Source: an uncultured Pseudomonadota bacterium (GTDB taxonomy: Bacteria > Vulcanimicrobiota > Vulcanimicrobiia > Eremiobacterales > Eremiobacteraceae). From it: a stretch of DNA of 64,000 nucleotides. The stretch spans positions 1,792,001 through 1,856,000 of the forward strand of contig CAVTNB010000001.1 in NCBI GenBank assembly GCA_963736005.1. The letters run 5' to 3'. Made by a program: the position numbers and the translations under genes. The notes under the pieces were generated by a model, which was not told the DNA's origin, searched no databases, and was given only the letters and a program-made list of their open reading frames with translations. Positions 12,501 to 21,659 of the stretch are shown piece after piece. The stretch's first letter is position 1, and every line of letters begins with the position of its first letter.

Positions 12501-12706
12501 AAGTGCCCCGATGGCGATGAAGCGGAAACAGCAACGGCCGCAACGGGGTGACCCGACGCATCGGTGACGTACCCCTGGATTCCGCCGGTGGTGCCAGCGA
12601 GCGCCCATTGCGAGCGAACGGCAACCAAGAGCGCGCACGTGAACGTGCCGATAAGAAGTCGCCACGTCGATCGATCGATGAACATATGCATCCGCTGTCC
12701 CTGCAA
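9548..12706 (-). CDS. TonB-dependent receptor with N-terminal carboxypeptidase-regulatory-like domain (paralog 1)
   Basis: Signal peptide, GTTGGIQG.V, plug motif SLPGV...IRAG...YELDG, GLRWD, SPRL, aromatic C-terminus; true start may be a few codons downstream. Confidence 0.88.
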   Translation of the reverse strand: MQGQRMHMFIDRSTWRLLIGTFTCALLVAVRSQWALAGTTGGIQGYVTDASGHPVAAVAVSASSPSGHFTTTAGANGFYSLNGLPLDTYSVAFSKDGYQTAIVFGVTTTQDQVNRVNVRLQTGVKLLGHVTVRSSMSLIQPTVTADTYVVNEQRLSDINGTPQDLNGFQAFNSLPGVTTDNAGFPTIRAGAENDVGYELDGVDNTEIGSGEFLNALTLNGARSVQLSTGGYDVSNGNTNSGVINEVIKRGTYPPAGEATLRLDGPTYGHELSFDYGAATPSNRFSYYLSYGGERDASDYGDRHTLLPLQLGQAVFTGLNDDILNLFYHFGADNKSEVQFLTNLSAETFDFNYLASPPFAPYASNNGNVQASSDPFLLGQFPTYQSNYITFIPGQAGYQQNTNQFDTQTFNSVIEKLNFKRQLTPSSFGEVRVFKNYLNWIDWYAYDLGSFSDSFFNEQTTEIGEAFDYTSQLTSKNEISLGADGGQYTTNYWIGFPSFEPFDEPLEDLGCPQVAPTLVADGTTSTPGYGGCYIAPYNAAINNALALGLPVDRAHAPLSTYVDNSGYANDPVHKWDVWVKDRWQPNERVTVTYGLRWDQELVGFPADAAQQNTTYFINDTQPAGCTAIYAPPTPLCDVVTMPGASIGADVSRPQQISPRLAASYELTSRDTVRFSYGKNIEFVPLAALQDSYNVPLSLQNCNIANGCFLPLPGFGTTNHISNLYQQVLIDLTTNNFAQYTPVLPQTAVNADFSFEHDFGRGIELRITPYYRKGSNYVVGNQPLLFTLQSGTPVFGPAKEENAGINENTGIEFALQRDADVGFSGLLDATYDNTLANYDGDFFPSVNAAALAANHFFHITYVAPVTGTLNLVYNTSNGWHASTTISYESGYRYGVGTKTFVFAANGQPEQVLNTDLAAATSSEAYYFTDPTNPGTMEHPNIVSSRGTPEGPDPGSLFGPAIATVDLSLSHTLGATKHNSEIGLRVENLLGNYSPTTIPANLYYVPQGIGAYGPGSGINTNAPFEPFMYNQSAYPYEAEPDGPPRLYTLFYSMNY

Positions 12707-12806
12707 GGTTGAGCTCTAGCGCAAGGTTCGCTCGGAAGACTGGAAACCCTAGACTGACAAGCACATCAAAGATGAAAGATCGTTCCAGATGAGAGCGTTG
12801 GGAAGA

Positions 12807-14152
12807 CTAGGATTCCATTTGTGAAATGCCGCCGCGCACTAAGCGGGTACCAGAGAGCCGTTCGTGGACCCACCATCCCGTGGCGACGCCGACGAACCAG
12901 GGAAGAATGGTGACCAGCGTGAGCGCAGCCAGCAGATAACGCCAGGCAGCGAGAAAAAATCCGGGCGTGAGCCGTTTGCCGCGAGCAACGCGTAAGTCGA
13001 AGATCATCATGCCGCAGGTTCGTCCGACGATGCCCACCATAAGAGCGCTGTAGAGCACGAAACCGCCGAACAGGGCGAATTCCAATCCTCCGATATCCAG
13101 CGCGGTCCTATGCGTGGCAAGAAAATGGCCAATTGCTGCGTTGTCAGGATCCGCACTCAGGTCGCCGATCGCAGCAGAAACGTCCGGATTTGACGAGGAT
13201 AAGCTGACGAGGGCCTTCCCGGAAAAGACGATCGCGCCGACAAGGATGAGGTCTACCACGAAGGCGAGCGAGCGCAGAAGGAAGCCCGCGGGAGCGACAG
13301 CACGCGGCAAGACTTCCAAAGGAGAAACCCCCGCAGCGGTACGCGCATTGAGTTCGTCTGCCCACCACCCAAAATTGTCGCTTCTGCAAACTGTTCAAGT
13401 TGCCGCAGACGGTTGACGGCATACGGAGTTTCGCCGAGCCATTCGCCCATAGCGAGCGATGGGTCGGCTTCAATCGCACGCCGCTGGTCGATAAAAGCGC
13501 GGAGATCGACGCGTCCCTTGAGCTCGCGAAACGTAGTCGCATAAATTGCACGCGTCGAGACCTCAAGCGAGCCGCAACAGAGCAGTCCGACGCGGTCAGC
13601 GGTATACTCCGTGCGACGAAGCCAAGCGCCAAAGATCAAAGCGACCAGCGGATTCTCGCGACCAGATGCCGAGAAGAGCGAGCTGACCCGCGTGTGCTCG
13701 GCAGCGATATGGGCAAGCTCGCAGCCTACGAGAAATGCAAGCTCATCATCATCGAGGTGACGGAGCCATTCGCTCGAGATGACGATGGCATACGGCTCGC
13801 CGAGACCCATAGCGGTGATCGGAACCAGGAAGTCTTCCCGAACGAAGACCAAAGGCATCCGCATGCCGAGCATCGCGCAGCAGCGATAGACGACCGAAGC
13901 GATTTCCGGAAAGTGCCGCTCGGTAACGCGCACGCTGGTGCCCAAAAGCCGGCCACGGGCTATCGTGACATAGACCATGGCAAGCACGATGATAAGTCCG
14001 ATTTCAGATAATCGAAATGGCGAGTGTAAGAATGAGGCCACTACCCCCGCCGTTATGGGCGCAAAGAGCAGCGTAATCCAAAAGGAGCGCCTTTCTGAGG
14101 GGTAGCGCAGCGAATGCGGACCTTTGAAAAGGTCGTGACCTGGTTGCGCCAT
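12807..14152 (-). CDS. M48-peptidase-like plus RDD domain membrane protein, split by a frameshift near 13383
   Basis: ORF 13253-14152 has DDDELAFLVGCELAH and EYTADR; ORF 12807-13319 has AGF..R.LA..VD and G.T.G....L.V; the RDD frame is open upstream to the junction (DNFGWWADELNART). Confidence 0.72.
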
Positions 14153-14202
14153 ATCTGGATGTTTCTCCCACAGAGGCGTGGTGGCCCTCGCCGGGTTTCC
14201 TG

Positions 14203-14802
14203 TTAGGTTGTCGTCGAACCCGACGAGGTGCCGGAGCGGCTGCGCTGCCGCAGCGCCCGCAACCAGAAGAAGGCAAGGACCAAGAGCACGAGCACAAACA
14301 CTGCTGCAAGAGCTGCGGCGATATATGGATGCAAGAAAGCCAAGATTATTCCGCCGATTGCCGTCGCATCTTCGCCGAAGCTGATCGGTGCGTTCGCCGC
14401 TCCGAAGGTTCCCACAGTGGATGCGGCGCGCGCAGCAGCCGAGGAGCTATGCACGACCAAAGTGTTGAGCGCTCCCAGCGCCATGAGAGAGTACAGCGTG
14501 CCAGGGTTGTCGGGGTGAATCGTGCCGCCAACCAAAATGGCGCCGACCAGCGGTCGTACCGCAAACGAAACTGCATGCAACGCATGATCGACTGCCGGAA
14601 TCTTGTCGGCGACGATTTCCAGCAGTGCAAAGACCCCAAGCACAACGGTCGTTGTGTCGGATCCAAGCCAGGCAAAGCTGCCTGAAGGATGGATCCAATG
14701 ATAGTGTGCGGCAACCGAAGCGGCAAAGAGCGTGAGAAATCCACGCAGCCCGGCTGTGGTTGTGAGGGCATAGGCAAGGGCAAATTGACCGGACGTATCC
14801 AT
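14203..14802 (-). CDS. DUF4126-like membrane protein
   Basis: AGLR..L, LEIVADKIPAVDH, S..ED motifs; multiple TM segments. Confidence 0.85.
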   Translation of the reverse strand: MDTSGQFALAYALTTTAGLRGFLTLFAASVAAHYHWIHPSGSFAWLGSDTTTVVLGVFALLEIVADKIPAVDHALHAVSFAVRPLVGAILVGGTIHPDNPGTLYSLMALGALNTLVVHSSSAAARAASTVGTFGAANAPISFGEDATAIGGIILAFLHPYIAAALAAVFVLVLLVLAFFWLRALRQRSRSGTSSGSTTT

Positions 14803-14823
14803 GCTGCTCCATTATCATAGCAC

Positions 14824-14854
14824 AAAAAAACGGGCGGTCCAAAAACCGCCCGTT
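14824..14854 (-). terminator. Intrinsic terminator
   Basis: cgggcggt-N6-accgcccg stem followed by T7 on the minus strand, just after the 14876 stop. Confidence 0.8.
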
Positions 14855-14875
14855 CCGAGGAACCGAGATCCCGAT

Positions 14876-15394
14876 TTAGTGAGACGTATCGTAGCGCAGA
14901 GCTAAGCTGAGCCGTTCTCTTGCCAACGCGAGCCGCTGCAGCGCGTCGACGCGGTGTCCACCATAGTCGCCCTGGTCGCGTTGCAGAACGTCCATGATGT
15001 TGTCAACGTTGTGACGCACGGCGGCGAGGTTGAGGTCGCTCGGACGACCCGAGCGAACGTAGTACATGTCTGCGTCCGGCCGCACAAAACCGGTAGGCGG
15101 GGGAACATCCTCGCGTCCGTTATCGTAGGCAAGCCCGAGCGAGATCTGGCTGCGGGCATCTTGCAGGGCTGCGATCGCGCTGGCGCGATAGCCGCCGTAA
15201 TCCCGCTGATCGCCCTGCAGCATGTCGATGTTCTGTTCGATTCTCGTGCGCGCCCAGCGCATGTTGCTGTCGCTGAAGCGGCCGGCCAGTCCCACCTGGT
15301 ACGAGCCCAAGGGCGAAGCGCTAGCCAGGCTGGCGAAGGCGAGCGCGATCAGGGCGCCGGAAAGAAGTGCTATGATATGAGTACGCCGTGTCAT
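14876..15394 (-). CDS. Secreted protein with two internal DYGG[YH]R helical repeats
   Basis: AAGGAG RBS, signal peptide ending ASA; two copies of SD.N...R......D.LQ.DQ.DYGG.R..A...L..AR....L.L.YD. Confidence 0.75.
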   Translation of the reverse strand: MTRRTHIIALLSGALIALAFASLASASPLGSYQVGLAGRFSDSNMRWARTRIEQNIDMLQGDQRDYGGYRASAIAALQDARSQISLGLAYDNGREDVPPPTGFVRPDADMYYVRSGRPSDLNLAAVRHNVDNIMDVLQRDQGDYGGHRVDALQRLALARERLSLALRYDTSH

Positions 15395-15416
15395 AAGAAT
15401 GAAAGCTCCTTTGATG

Positions 15417-15444
15417 GAGCGGACCTCAAGGTCCGCTGCTACAT
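15417..15444 (-). repeat. REP-like palindrome family A (GTAG-CAGCGGACCT-nn-AGGTCCGCT)
   Basis: gagcggacctcaaggtccgctgctacat; copies at 22264, 59476, 62512. Confidence 0.85.
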
Positions 15445-15522
15445 AATGACAACGGAACGCGCGGCGCCCGCGGTTCCGCGGGCGCATGAGCCAACGATGA
15501 GAAATGTCATGAAGTTCGAAAA

Positions 15523-15549
15523 ATGTCGTCTCGCGAATTTATTCGCGAG
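15523..15549 (+). repeat. REP family B copy
   Basis: atgtcgtctcgcgaatttattcgcgag. Confidence 0.75.
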
Positions 15550-15560
15550 CGATCGACCGC

Positions 15561-18500
15561 TTAATACTTCGCATTGAAGAAGAGCGTAAAGACGCGCGGC
15601 GTGCCGTTATTTTCTATCTCATACGGTCCTGGACCATAGTTGTATTGAAATGGTTCGCAGGCGAACGTGACCCCGGGTGCGCAGGCGTTGGGATTGACGC
15701 CCGACGGCAACCCATTGTTGCCGAAGCCATTGAACCCATAGTAAGGATTCGCGGGAATTCTCGATGGCGCATAATTACCAAAGAGGTTCTCAACTCGCAG
15801 ACCAACTTTGCTGTTCTTGGGTCCCGAACCCAGTGTGTGAGACAGGGTAAAATTAAAGAGCGTAATGGGCGGACCGCGCAGCGTTCCCGGATCGTCACCC
15901 TCCGGCGTGCCGCGAGAAGCAACAATCTTCGTTCCGGTACTGTCGGTCAGATAGTAGGCACCCGCCACGCCCGTGGCTGAATTGACATCGGTGTTGAGGA
16001 CCTGCTCCGGCTGGCCGTTAGGCCCAAAGATGAACGTCTTTTTTCCGACACCGTAGGGGTAGCCATACTCGTACGAGACCGTCGTCTCCGCGGTGAAACC
16101 GCTCACGTTTGTATAGACGAGGTTGAGCGTTCCAACCAGCGGCGTCACGTACGTGACGTGGAAGAAGTGGTTTGCGGCCAATGCCGCGCTGTTCACTGTG
16201 GGGAAGAAATCGCTATCGTAGTTGGCCAGCGTGTTGTCGTAGGTCGCATCGATAAGCCCCGAGACGCCGTACTGCACGTTGCGTTGCAGCGCAAATTCAA
16301 CGCCCGTGTTTTCGTTGACGCCTGCGTTTTCTTCTTTGGACGGACCAAAAACTGCGGTACCGCTGGGGAGCACGAAGAGCAGCTTTTGATTGCCAACGAC
16401 GTAATCGATCCCTTTCCGATAATACGGGGTGACGCGCAGCTCAACTCCGTTGCCAAAATCATGCGAGTACGAAAAATCGTAGTTGACGGCTCGTTGCGGA
16501 CGCACGGGGGTGTACTGGGCGAAGAAATTCGTCGTCAAGTCGAGCATGACTTGTTGATAGAGATTCCTGACGTCGTTGCATGGGGCATTGCCGTGTGCTG
16601 GGTCAGCTCCATTGACGCATGTCGGGCTAAAGCCGGGAAGTTTGACAAAACAGCCATTTGCGAGGCTGCAGCTCTGCAATGACGCCGGCGGCTGGTAGGT
16701 GGTCTCGATGTCGGACGTTGGAACGAACTCTATGTTTTTTCCGTAGGAGAATCGCATGACGTCTCGCGCACCGAGTTCGAAACTGAACGCCAGGCGCGGA
16801 CTGAGTTGAGAAGGCTGAGTCACGTCACTTCCGATGGGTTGGCCAGGCACGGTAACAAGCGTGCACGGAGGGGCCGCAGGAGGTGGCGGCCCCGCGACGG
16901 TGCTGCACCCGGCCGGTAGACTGTCGTCGATAAAATAGGTCGTATTCAACTGCGCGGCGTTGGCGGGGAGCGGCAGCGATTCTTTATCGTAGCGCAGGCC
17001 GAACGTGATCGTCATACGCTCTGAGGGCTGGAATTGGTCTTTCACGTAGACATCGTAGCGGTGCAGCGGGTCGTTCGAGTAGCCAGCATTGCTCACATAC
17101 GTGCTCAGGGGTGCGTGCGCCGGATCCGTTGGCAGCCCGAGGCCGGGAAACGCCAAGTTCAGCGCGTTGTTGAACGGCGCGATATAGCAGCCGCCGATGA
17201 AAGCGTTTGAGATGTACGCGGACGTCTCATTCGCCGCTGGAATCAGACCATTGGTAATCGCGTTGCCTATTTGCGGGCAACCCAAGTCTTCCAAGGGCTC
17301 GTAGGTGTTTTCGAAACTCGGGCTCAAAATGGAATAGCGGTTCTTGAAGTACTCGACGTCGGAACCGAAACTCAACTCGTGCTTGCTGCTGACCTGATTT
17401 GTGTAATCAAACGCCTCGCCGAGGTTGGTCGTCTGCAGGTCCTCGTAAAAGTCCGAAAACGATCCTACGTTGTAGGGATAGCGGAAGACGAGATTCTCGC
17501 TCGTGCGAAACACGCGTATTTCGCCGAAGCTTGATGCCGACAATTGCCGCTTGAAATTCAATTTGTCGATTGTCGAATTGAACGTTTGCGTGTCGTAGGT
17601 GCCGGTATTCTGACGATAGCCTACCTCACCCGGGTACAGCGTAAAGTAGTCGCTTTGCAAGGTCGACGGCGTCCCCGGCGGTGGGAGCCCAAGGCCGAAG
17701 GGATCGCTGCCGGCTTGGACGTTTCCGTTGTTCGAGGCGTACGGCGCATTGTATTGTCCGACCAGATACCCAAACGAGAACGTCTGGCCGCTAAGGTTGC
17801 TCAAGAACTGCACCTCGTTCTTGTTGCCTTCGCCAAAATGATAGAAGAGGTTAAGCACTTCGTCATTGAGCGTCGTGAAATCGGTGTTGGCCAACTGGAG
17901 TGGGTAGATGGTTCGCCGATCTCCGTAATCTGACGCGTCGCGCTGGCCGCCGTAGGAAAAATAATAGCTAAAGCGGTTGTTCGGCGTGGCGGAGCCGTAG
18001 TCGACGGACAGCTCGTGGCCGTACGTCGGGCCCGTCATGCGCGCAGTGGCTTCCCCTCCACCCGGATACGAACCGCGCGAAATAACTTCGTTGATCACTC
18101 CGGAATTCGTGTTGCCTTCGCTGACGTCGTAGCCGCCCGTGGAGAGCTGGACGCTGCGCGCTCCGTTGAGCGATACAGCGTTGAGAAACTGACCCGTCAC
18201 GGCATCCGTATTGTCGACGCCATCGAGTTCGTAACCCACGTCGTTTTCGGCGCCCGCCCTGATCACTGGGTAGCCAAAGTTGTCGGTCGTAACACCCGGC
18301 AGGGAGTTGAAAGCGGCGAAGCCGTTGAGATCTTGCGGCGTTCCATTGAGATCGGACAAGCGCTGTTGATTGATGACGTAGGTGTCAGCCGTGACCGTTG
18401 GCTGTACCAAAGAAACTGAGCTACGCACGGTCACGCGTCCGAGGGATTTGACGCTTGTCGTCGAGAGACGCACGTTCACGCGCCTGGTCTGGTCCTGCAC

Positions 18501-18797
18501 GATGGTCACGCCCGCAATAGACAGCGTCAAAAAGCCATCCTTCGAAACTGTGATCGTGTAGGTGTCCAGCGGGAGCCCGTTCACGGCGTAAAAACCGTTT
18601 GCCCCGGTGACCGTGCTTGCGTGTCCAGAGGGTGACGCCGCCGACACCGCGGCGCCGGCGATGGGATGGCCCGCTTCGTCGGTCACAAATCCCTGTATGC
18701 CGCCTGTCGTTCCAGCGAATACTCGCGCGCTCGCAAGCGTGATAAGAGCAATGCTGATAAACGCTGTAACAACAAAGCGGAATGAATCCTTTCGCAT
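15561..18797 (-). CDS. TonB-dependent receptor (paralog 2)
   Basis: GGAGGT RBS; long near-identical stretches with 9548-12706 (QPTVTADTYV, NGTPQDLNGF, IRAGAENDVGYELDGVDNT, DATYDNTLANYD). Confidence 0.9.
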   Translation of the reverse strand: MRKDSFRFVVTAFISIALITLASARVFAGTTGGIQGFVTDEAGHPIAGAAVSAASPSGHASTVTGANGFYAVNGLPLDTYTITVSKDGFLTLSIAGVTIVQDQTRRVNVRLSTTSVKSLGRVTVRSSVSLVQPTVTADTYVINQQRLSDLNGTPQDLNGFAAFNSLPGVTTDNFGYPVIRAGAENDVGYELDGVDNTDAVTGQFLNAVSLNGARSVQLSTGGYDVSEGNTNSGVINEVISRGSYPGGGEATARMTGPTYGHELSVDYGSATPNNRFSYYFSYGGQRDASDYGDRRTIYPLQLANTDFTTLNDEVLNLFYHFGEGNKNEVQFLSNLSGQTFSFGYLVGQYNAPYASNNGNVQAGSDPFGLGLPPPGTPSTLQSDYFTLYPGEVGYRQNTGTYDTQTFNSTIDKLNFKRQLSASSFGEIRVFRTSENLVFRYPYNVGSFSDFYEDLQTTNLGEAFDYTNQVSSKHELSFGSDVEYFKNRYSILSPSFENTYEPLEDLGCPQIGNAITNGLIPAANETSAYISNAFIGGCYIAPFNNALNLAFPGLGLPTDPAHAPLSTYVSNAGYSNDPLHRYDVYVKDQFQPSERMTITFGLRYDKESLPLPANAAQLNTTYFIDDSLPAGCSTVAGPPPPAAPPCTLVTVPGQPIGSDVTQPSQLSPRLAFSFELGARDVMRFSYGKNIEFVPTSDIETTYQPPASLQSCSLANGCFVKLPGFSPTCVNGADPAHGNAPCNDVRNLYQQVMLDLTTNFFAQYTPVRPQRAVNYDFSYSHDFGNGVELRVTPYYRKGIDYVVGNQKLLFVLPSGTAVFGPSKEENAGVNENTGVEFALQRNVQYGVSGLIDATYDNTLANYDSDFFPTVNSAALAANHFFHVTYVTPLVGTLNLVYTNVSGFTAETTVSYEYGYPYGVGKKTFIFGPNGQPEQVLNTDVNSATGVAGAYYLTDSTGTKIVASRGTPEGDDPGTLRGPPITLFNFTLSHTLGSGPKNSKVGLRVENLFGNYAPSRIPANPYYGFNGFGNNGLPSGVNPNACAPGVTFACEPFQYNYGPGPYEIENNGTPRVFTLFFNAKY

Positions 18798-18851
18798 GCG
18801 TTACCTCCCAGGCGCCTTCGTCGAGCGCGGAAAGTTCGTGGCCAGGTTTTG

Positions 18852-20945
18852 TTAATCTTGCTTTGTGGGTTTTGCGCGCAAGTATCGATCGAACCAGTCA
18901 ACCCAGCGACGATAGACGTCTTCGCTGGACACAGGATCACCCGGAAAGTGCTCGCTCGTTACATACGCAATGAATTGCACCGGCACACCGCGGTCTTTCA
19001 GCGCATGGTAGAGCTCGTACGAGTGCGTGATGGGAACCGTCGTGTCATAGATGCTCGCCATGATCAAGGTTGGAGTCGTGATATTCCATGCGTAGGTTAA
19101 AGGCGACTGGTTCACATACGCTTGATAGGCTGACTTTGACGACCACATCGCGCGTCCGTAAAAGAAGCGATCGAGGACGTTATAGTTGCTGATGGCGTAG
19201 TCGGGCACCAAATCAGTCGGCGCTGCGCCCGTGACGGCCGCCTTCCAGCGGTGATCCTGCGTGATGAGCCAAGCGGTCATGAGGCCGCCATAGGACCAAC
19301 CCGAGACACCGATCCTCGCCTGATCCACAATGCCGATTCGTTCGACGGCAGCGATGCCAGCGAGGATATCGCGCCCCGGACCCGCGACCGTATCTCCGAA
19401 AATTGCCGTTTCAAAAGCATTGCCCGCATTATCGCTGCCGCGATAGTTTGGTTCGAACACAAGGTAACCGTGCGCCGCAAACAGCTGCGTGAGCCCAGGG
19501 TAGTCTGTGTCGAACGCTTCCTGCGACGCATACTGCGGCCAGCCGTGAATCTGAAGGACCAGTGGGTACTTCTTGCCCGCAACAAAATCAGGCGGGTACG
19601 TCAGCACGCCATTTTCGCGAAAGCCATCTTGAGTCCACGTGATTTCTTGCACGGCGCCGAGGTGAAGCGAGGAGAAAAAGCTATTGTAGTCCGTGAGCCG
19701 CCGTACAGGCGCTGAGCCGGAGGTCAACAAGTAGAGCTCGGTCGGCCGTTGCGGCCCGGAAGCGAGAAACGCGATCGCACCGTTTTGGCTGACGCTCGCG
19801 CCACTTGCGCTCAAGTTTCCAAGGTCGAGGCGCTGCGTACTGCCATCGAGGCTGACCAGCCACATTCCCTCTCCCGTGCCATCATGCGCGAGGATGAGTA
19901 ACGAGAGATTGTTCGGCATCCAGCGCACAACCCAAGGTGAGCGGTCGAGTTTGCGCGTCACATCGAGCCCGTTTGGGCCGCGCGCTAAAGTGTCGGTAAC
20001 GAAGATGGCGCTGGCGTTGATGGCGTTGCCGGCGCTCGGATACCAGTACGCGAGCTTGGATCCGTCCGGCGAGGTATCACAACCCGCCTCGAGTCCGTCG
20101 TGGCTTGTGACCTTCTCGATGCGACTGCTGTCGTTTGTGGGTGCAGAAAGGTCGAGGACGCTTAAGGTCGCCTGATCCGCGTGCGCCATATACGCGTCGG
20201 GCATTCGCGTGAACGCGATGTGACGATCATCCGGGTACCAGCAAAAGAAGTTATTGGGCATGTGCTGGGGTTCGATGAGCGAGTTGAGATACGGCTGCGA
20301 GAACCCGAAGCTCCCCGAGGGGAGGCTAAAAGATCCGCTGGTCAGACGCTGGGATTGGGGATGCGCCGCCACGCTCACCAGCCACAAATGCGAGGGAAGC
20401 GGCGCGGCGGTCGTCAGATAGTCATTGTCGCCCACGACAAAATTGGTTCGGAATTTGGCAGCGCCGCTTCCACGTGCTGGCGGATCCGAACGGACGAATG
20501 CGATCGCCTTGCCATCGGGCCGCCACGCGAAATACTCAACGTCTTGCGACCCCCAGGTGAGCTGATGCAGTACGCCGCCCGTCGCCGAACTCGTGTAGAG
20601 TTGCATGACCCCGGCGGATTTGGCAGCCAAAAATGCAAGCGCCGTTCCATCCGGCGACCAGCGCACGCTCTCGATCTCATCGAAAGGCAGCGGAAGCGAG
20701 TGCCGCACCCCCGCCGCGACATCGACGATGTCGACATGGATGGAAACGGCATTGTGCTCGAAGTCGCTGACCCCCACGAGGAGAGCAACGTGCGAGCCGT
20801 CGGGGGAGATTTGCGGATCCGCCAAGATGACTTCGCGACGCAGATCCTGTAAGGACAGCATCCGCGCTTGCGTGGGCGCGACCGCGAGAAAAAGAAAAGC
20901 CGCCGCCAAAGCGGTGGCGCACAGCGCGAAGGTCCTCGAAAACAT
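18852..20945 (-). CDS. Secreted S9 family peptidase (prolyl oligopeptidase/acylaminoacyl-peptidase-like)
   Basis: ISPDG propeller blades, YPLVLQIHG.P, PNYRGS, GWSYGG nucleophile, D..VP, H. Confidence 0.92.
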   Translation of the reverse strand: MFSRTFALCATALAAAFLFLAVAPTQARMLSLQDLRREVILADPQISPDGSHVALLVGVSDFEHNAVSIHVDIVDVAAGVRHSLPLPFDEIESVRWSPDGTALAFLAAKSAGVMQLYTSSATGGVLHQLTWGSQDVEYFAWRPDGKAIAFVRSDPPARGSGAAKFRTNFVVGDNDYLTTAAPLPSHLWLVSVAAHPQSQRLTSGSFSLPSGSFGFSQPYLNSLIEPQHMPNNFFCWYPDDRHIAFTRMPDAYMAHADQATLSVLDLSAPTNDSSRIEKVTSHDGLEAGCDTSPDGSKLAYWYPSAGNAINASAIFVTDTLARGPNGLDVTRKLDRSPWVVRWMPNNLSLLILAHDGTGEGMWLVSLDGSTQRLDLGNLSASGASVSQNGAIAFLASGPQRPTELYLLTSGSAPVRRLTDYNSFFSSLHLGAVQEITWTQDGFRENGVLTYPPDFVAGKKYPLVLQIHGWPQYASQEAFDTDYPGLTQLFAAHGYLVFEPNYRGSDNAGNAFETAIFGDTVAGPGRDILAGIAAVERIGIVDQARIGVSGWSYGGLMTAWLITQDHRWKAAVTGAAPTDLVPDYAISNYNVLDRFFYGRAMWSSKSAYQAYVNQSPLTYAWNITTPTLIMASIYDTTVPITHSYELYHALKDRGVPVQFIAYVTSEHFPGDPVSSEDVYRRWVDWFDRYLRAKPTKQD

Positions 20946-20971
20946 CGATTGCCACTACGGTCGGCGAGCGG

Positions 20972-21376
20972 CTAGCGCCTGCAACAGACCTCGAATCGAT
21001 TGCCGTGCGGATCCTCAAAGAACACCGCGTAGTATGGCTGCGGGTACGATCGGCAGATCTGTGGACCTTCGATCCGGTGCGCGCCCGCCTGGCGCATCCT
21101 CGCGGCAATCCTGTACACTTCTTTGCGCGACGCAGCGCCGAAGGCAATGCGCGAGAGGCTGGGCGTACTTCGCCGAGCTTGCACGATCCAAAAAAAAGGC
21201 ATGCTCGGGTCCTCGTGATAGTACGAGCGGCTGCGCGTACCGCGGTGGATCTTGCGGAAGCCGAGCGCCGGCATCAACGCGTCGTAGAAACGGGCTACCG
21301 AAGCCACGTCGCGGACGCGAAAGTCAATGTGGTCGTAACAGCCTCCGGGATCCGGATTCAAATGCGTACGCCCCAA
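20972..21376 (-). CDS. VOC/glyoxalase family protein
   Basis: DHI..RV.D.....FY...LGF, YYAVFFEDPHGNRFEV; start uncertain. Confidence 0.88.
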   Translation of the reverse strand: MGRTHLNPDPGGCYDHIDFRVRDVASVARFYDALMPALGFRKIHRGTRSRSYYHEDPSMPFFWIVQARRSTPSLSRIAFGAASRKEVYRIAARMRQAGAHRIEGPQICRSYPQPYYAVFFEDPHGNRFEVCCRR

Positions 21377-21544
21377 CCGCCGAACAACTCACTTGCGACT
21401 CCACGAGGGATATGCACGATGGTCGTTCGAGACTGAGAGAGGAGTTCGCCCTCGCCCTCGCTGACGATCGCAGCTTTTTCAACTAACATCATTTTTGACT
21501 CGACTTTCCGCCCAAACTATGGCGATTGCGTGTAACCTGCCATC

Positions 21545-21573
21545 ATAGTACACTAGTTATGGTAACTTGTCAA
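21545..21573 (-). promoter_or_regulatory. sigma70 promoter facing the VOC gene
   Basis: Minus strand TTGACA-N17-TACTAT. Confidence 0.75.
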
Positions 21574-21621
21574 ATACTTTTAACGGTTAGCAAAAACAGC
21601 ATACGTATCGGGACAGACCAC

Positions 21622-21650
21622 TTGATAATAACCCCTATACTCATTATAAT
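21622..21650 (+). promoter_or_regulatory. sigma70 promoter of the CGNR gene (near-leaderless)
   Basis: TTGATA-N17-TATAAT ending 9 nt before the ATG; no RBS. Confidence 0.75.
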
Positions 21651-21659
21651 GGTTTCCAA

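Larger units (their letters stand above)
21533..21655. promoter_or_regulatory. Three inverted-repeat operator-like sites TAACY-N17-RGTTW
   Basis: 21533-21559 TAACC-N17-AGTTA; 21563-21589 TAACT-N17-GGTTA; 21629-21655 TAACC-N17-GGTTT. Confidence 0.65.

Noticed and set aside
21390..21492. 34-aa minus-strand ORF in the VOC leader (MMLVEKSCDRQR...)
   Set aside because: No clear RBS or compositional signal; cannot be supported
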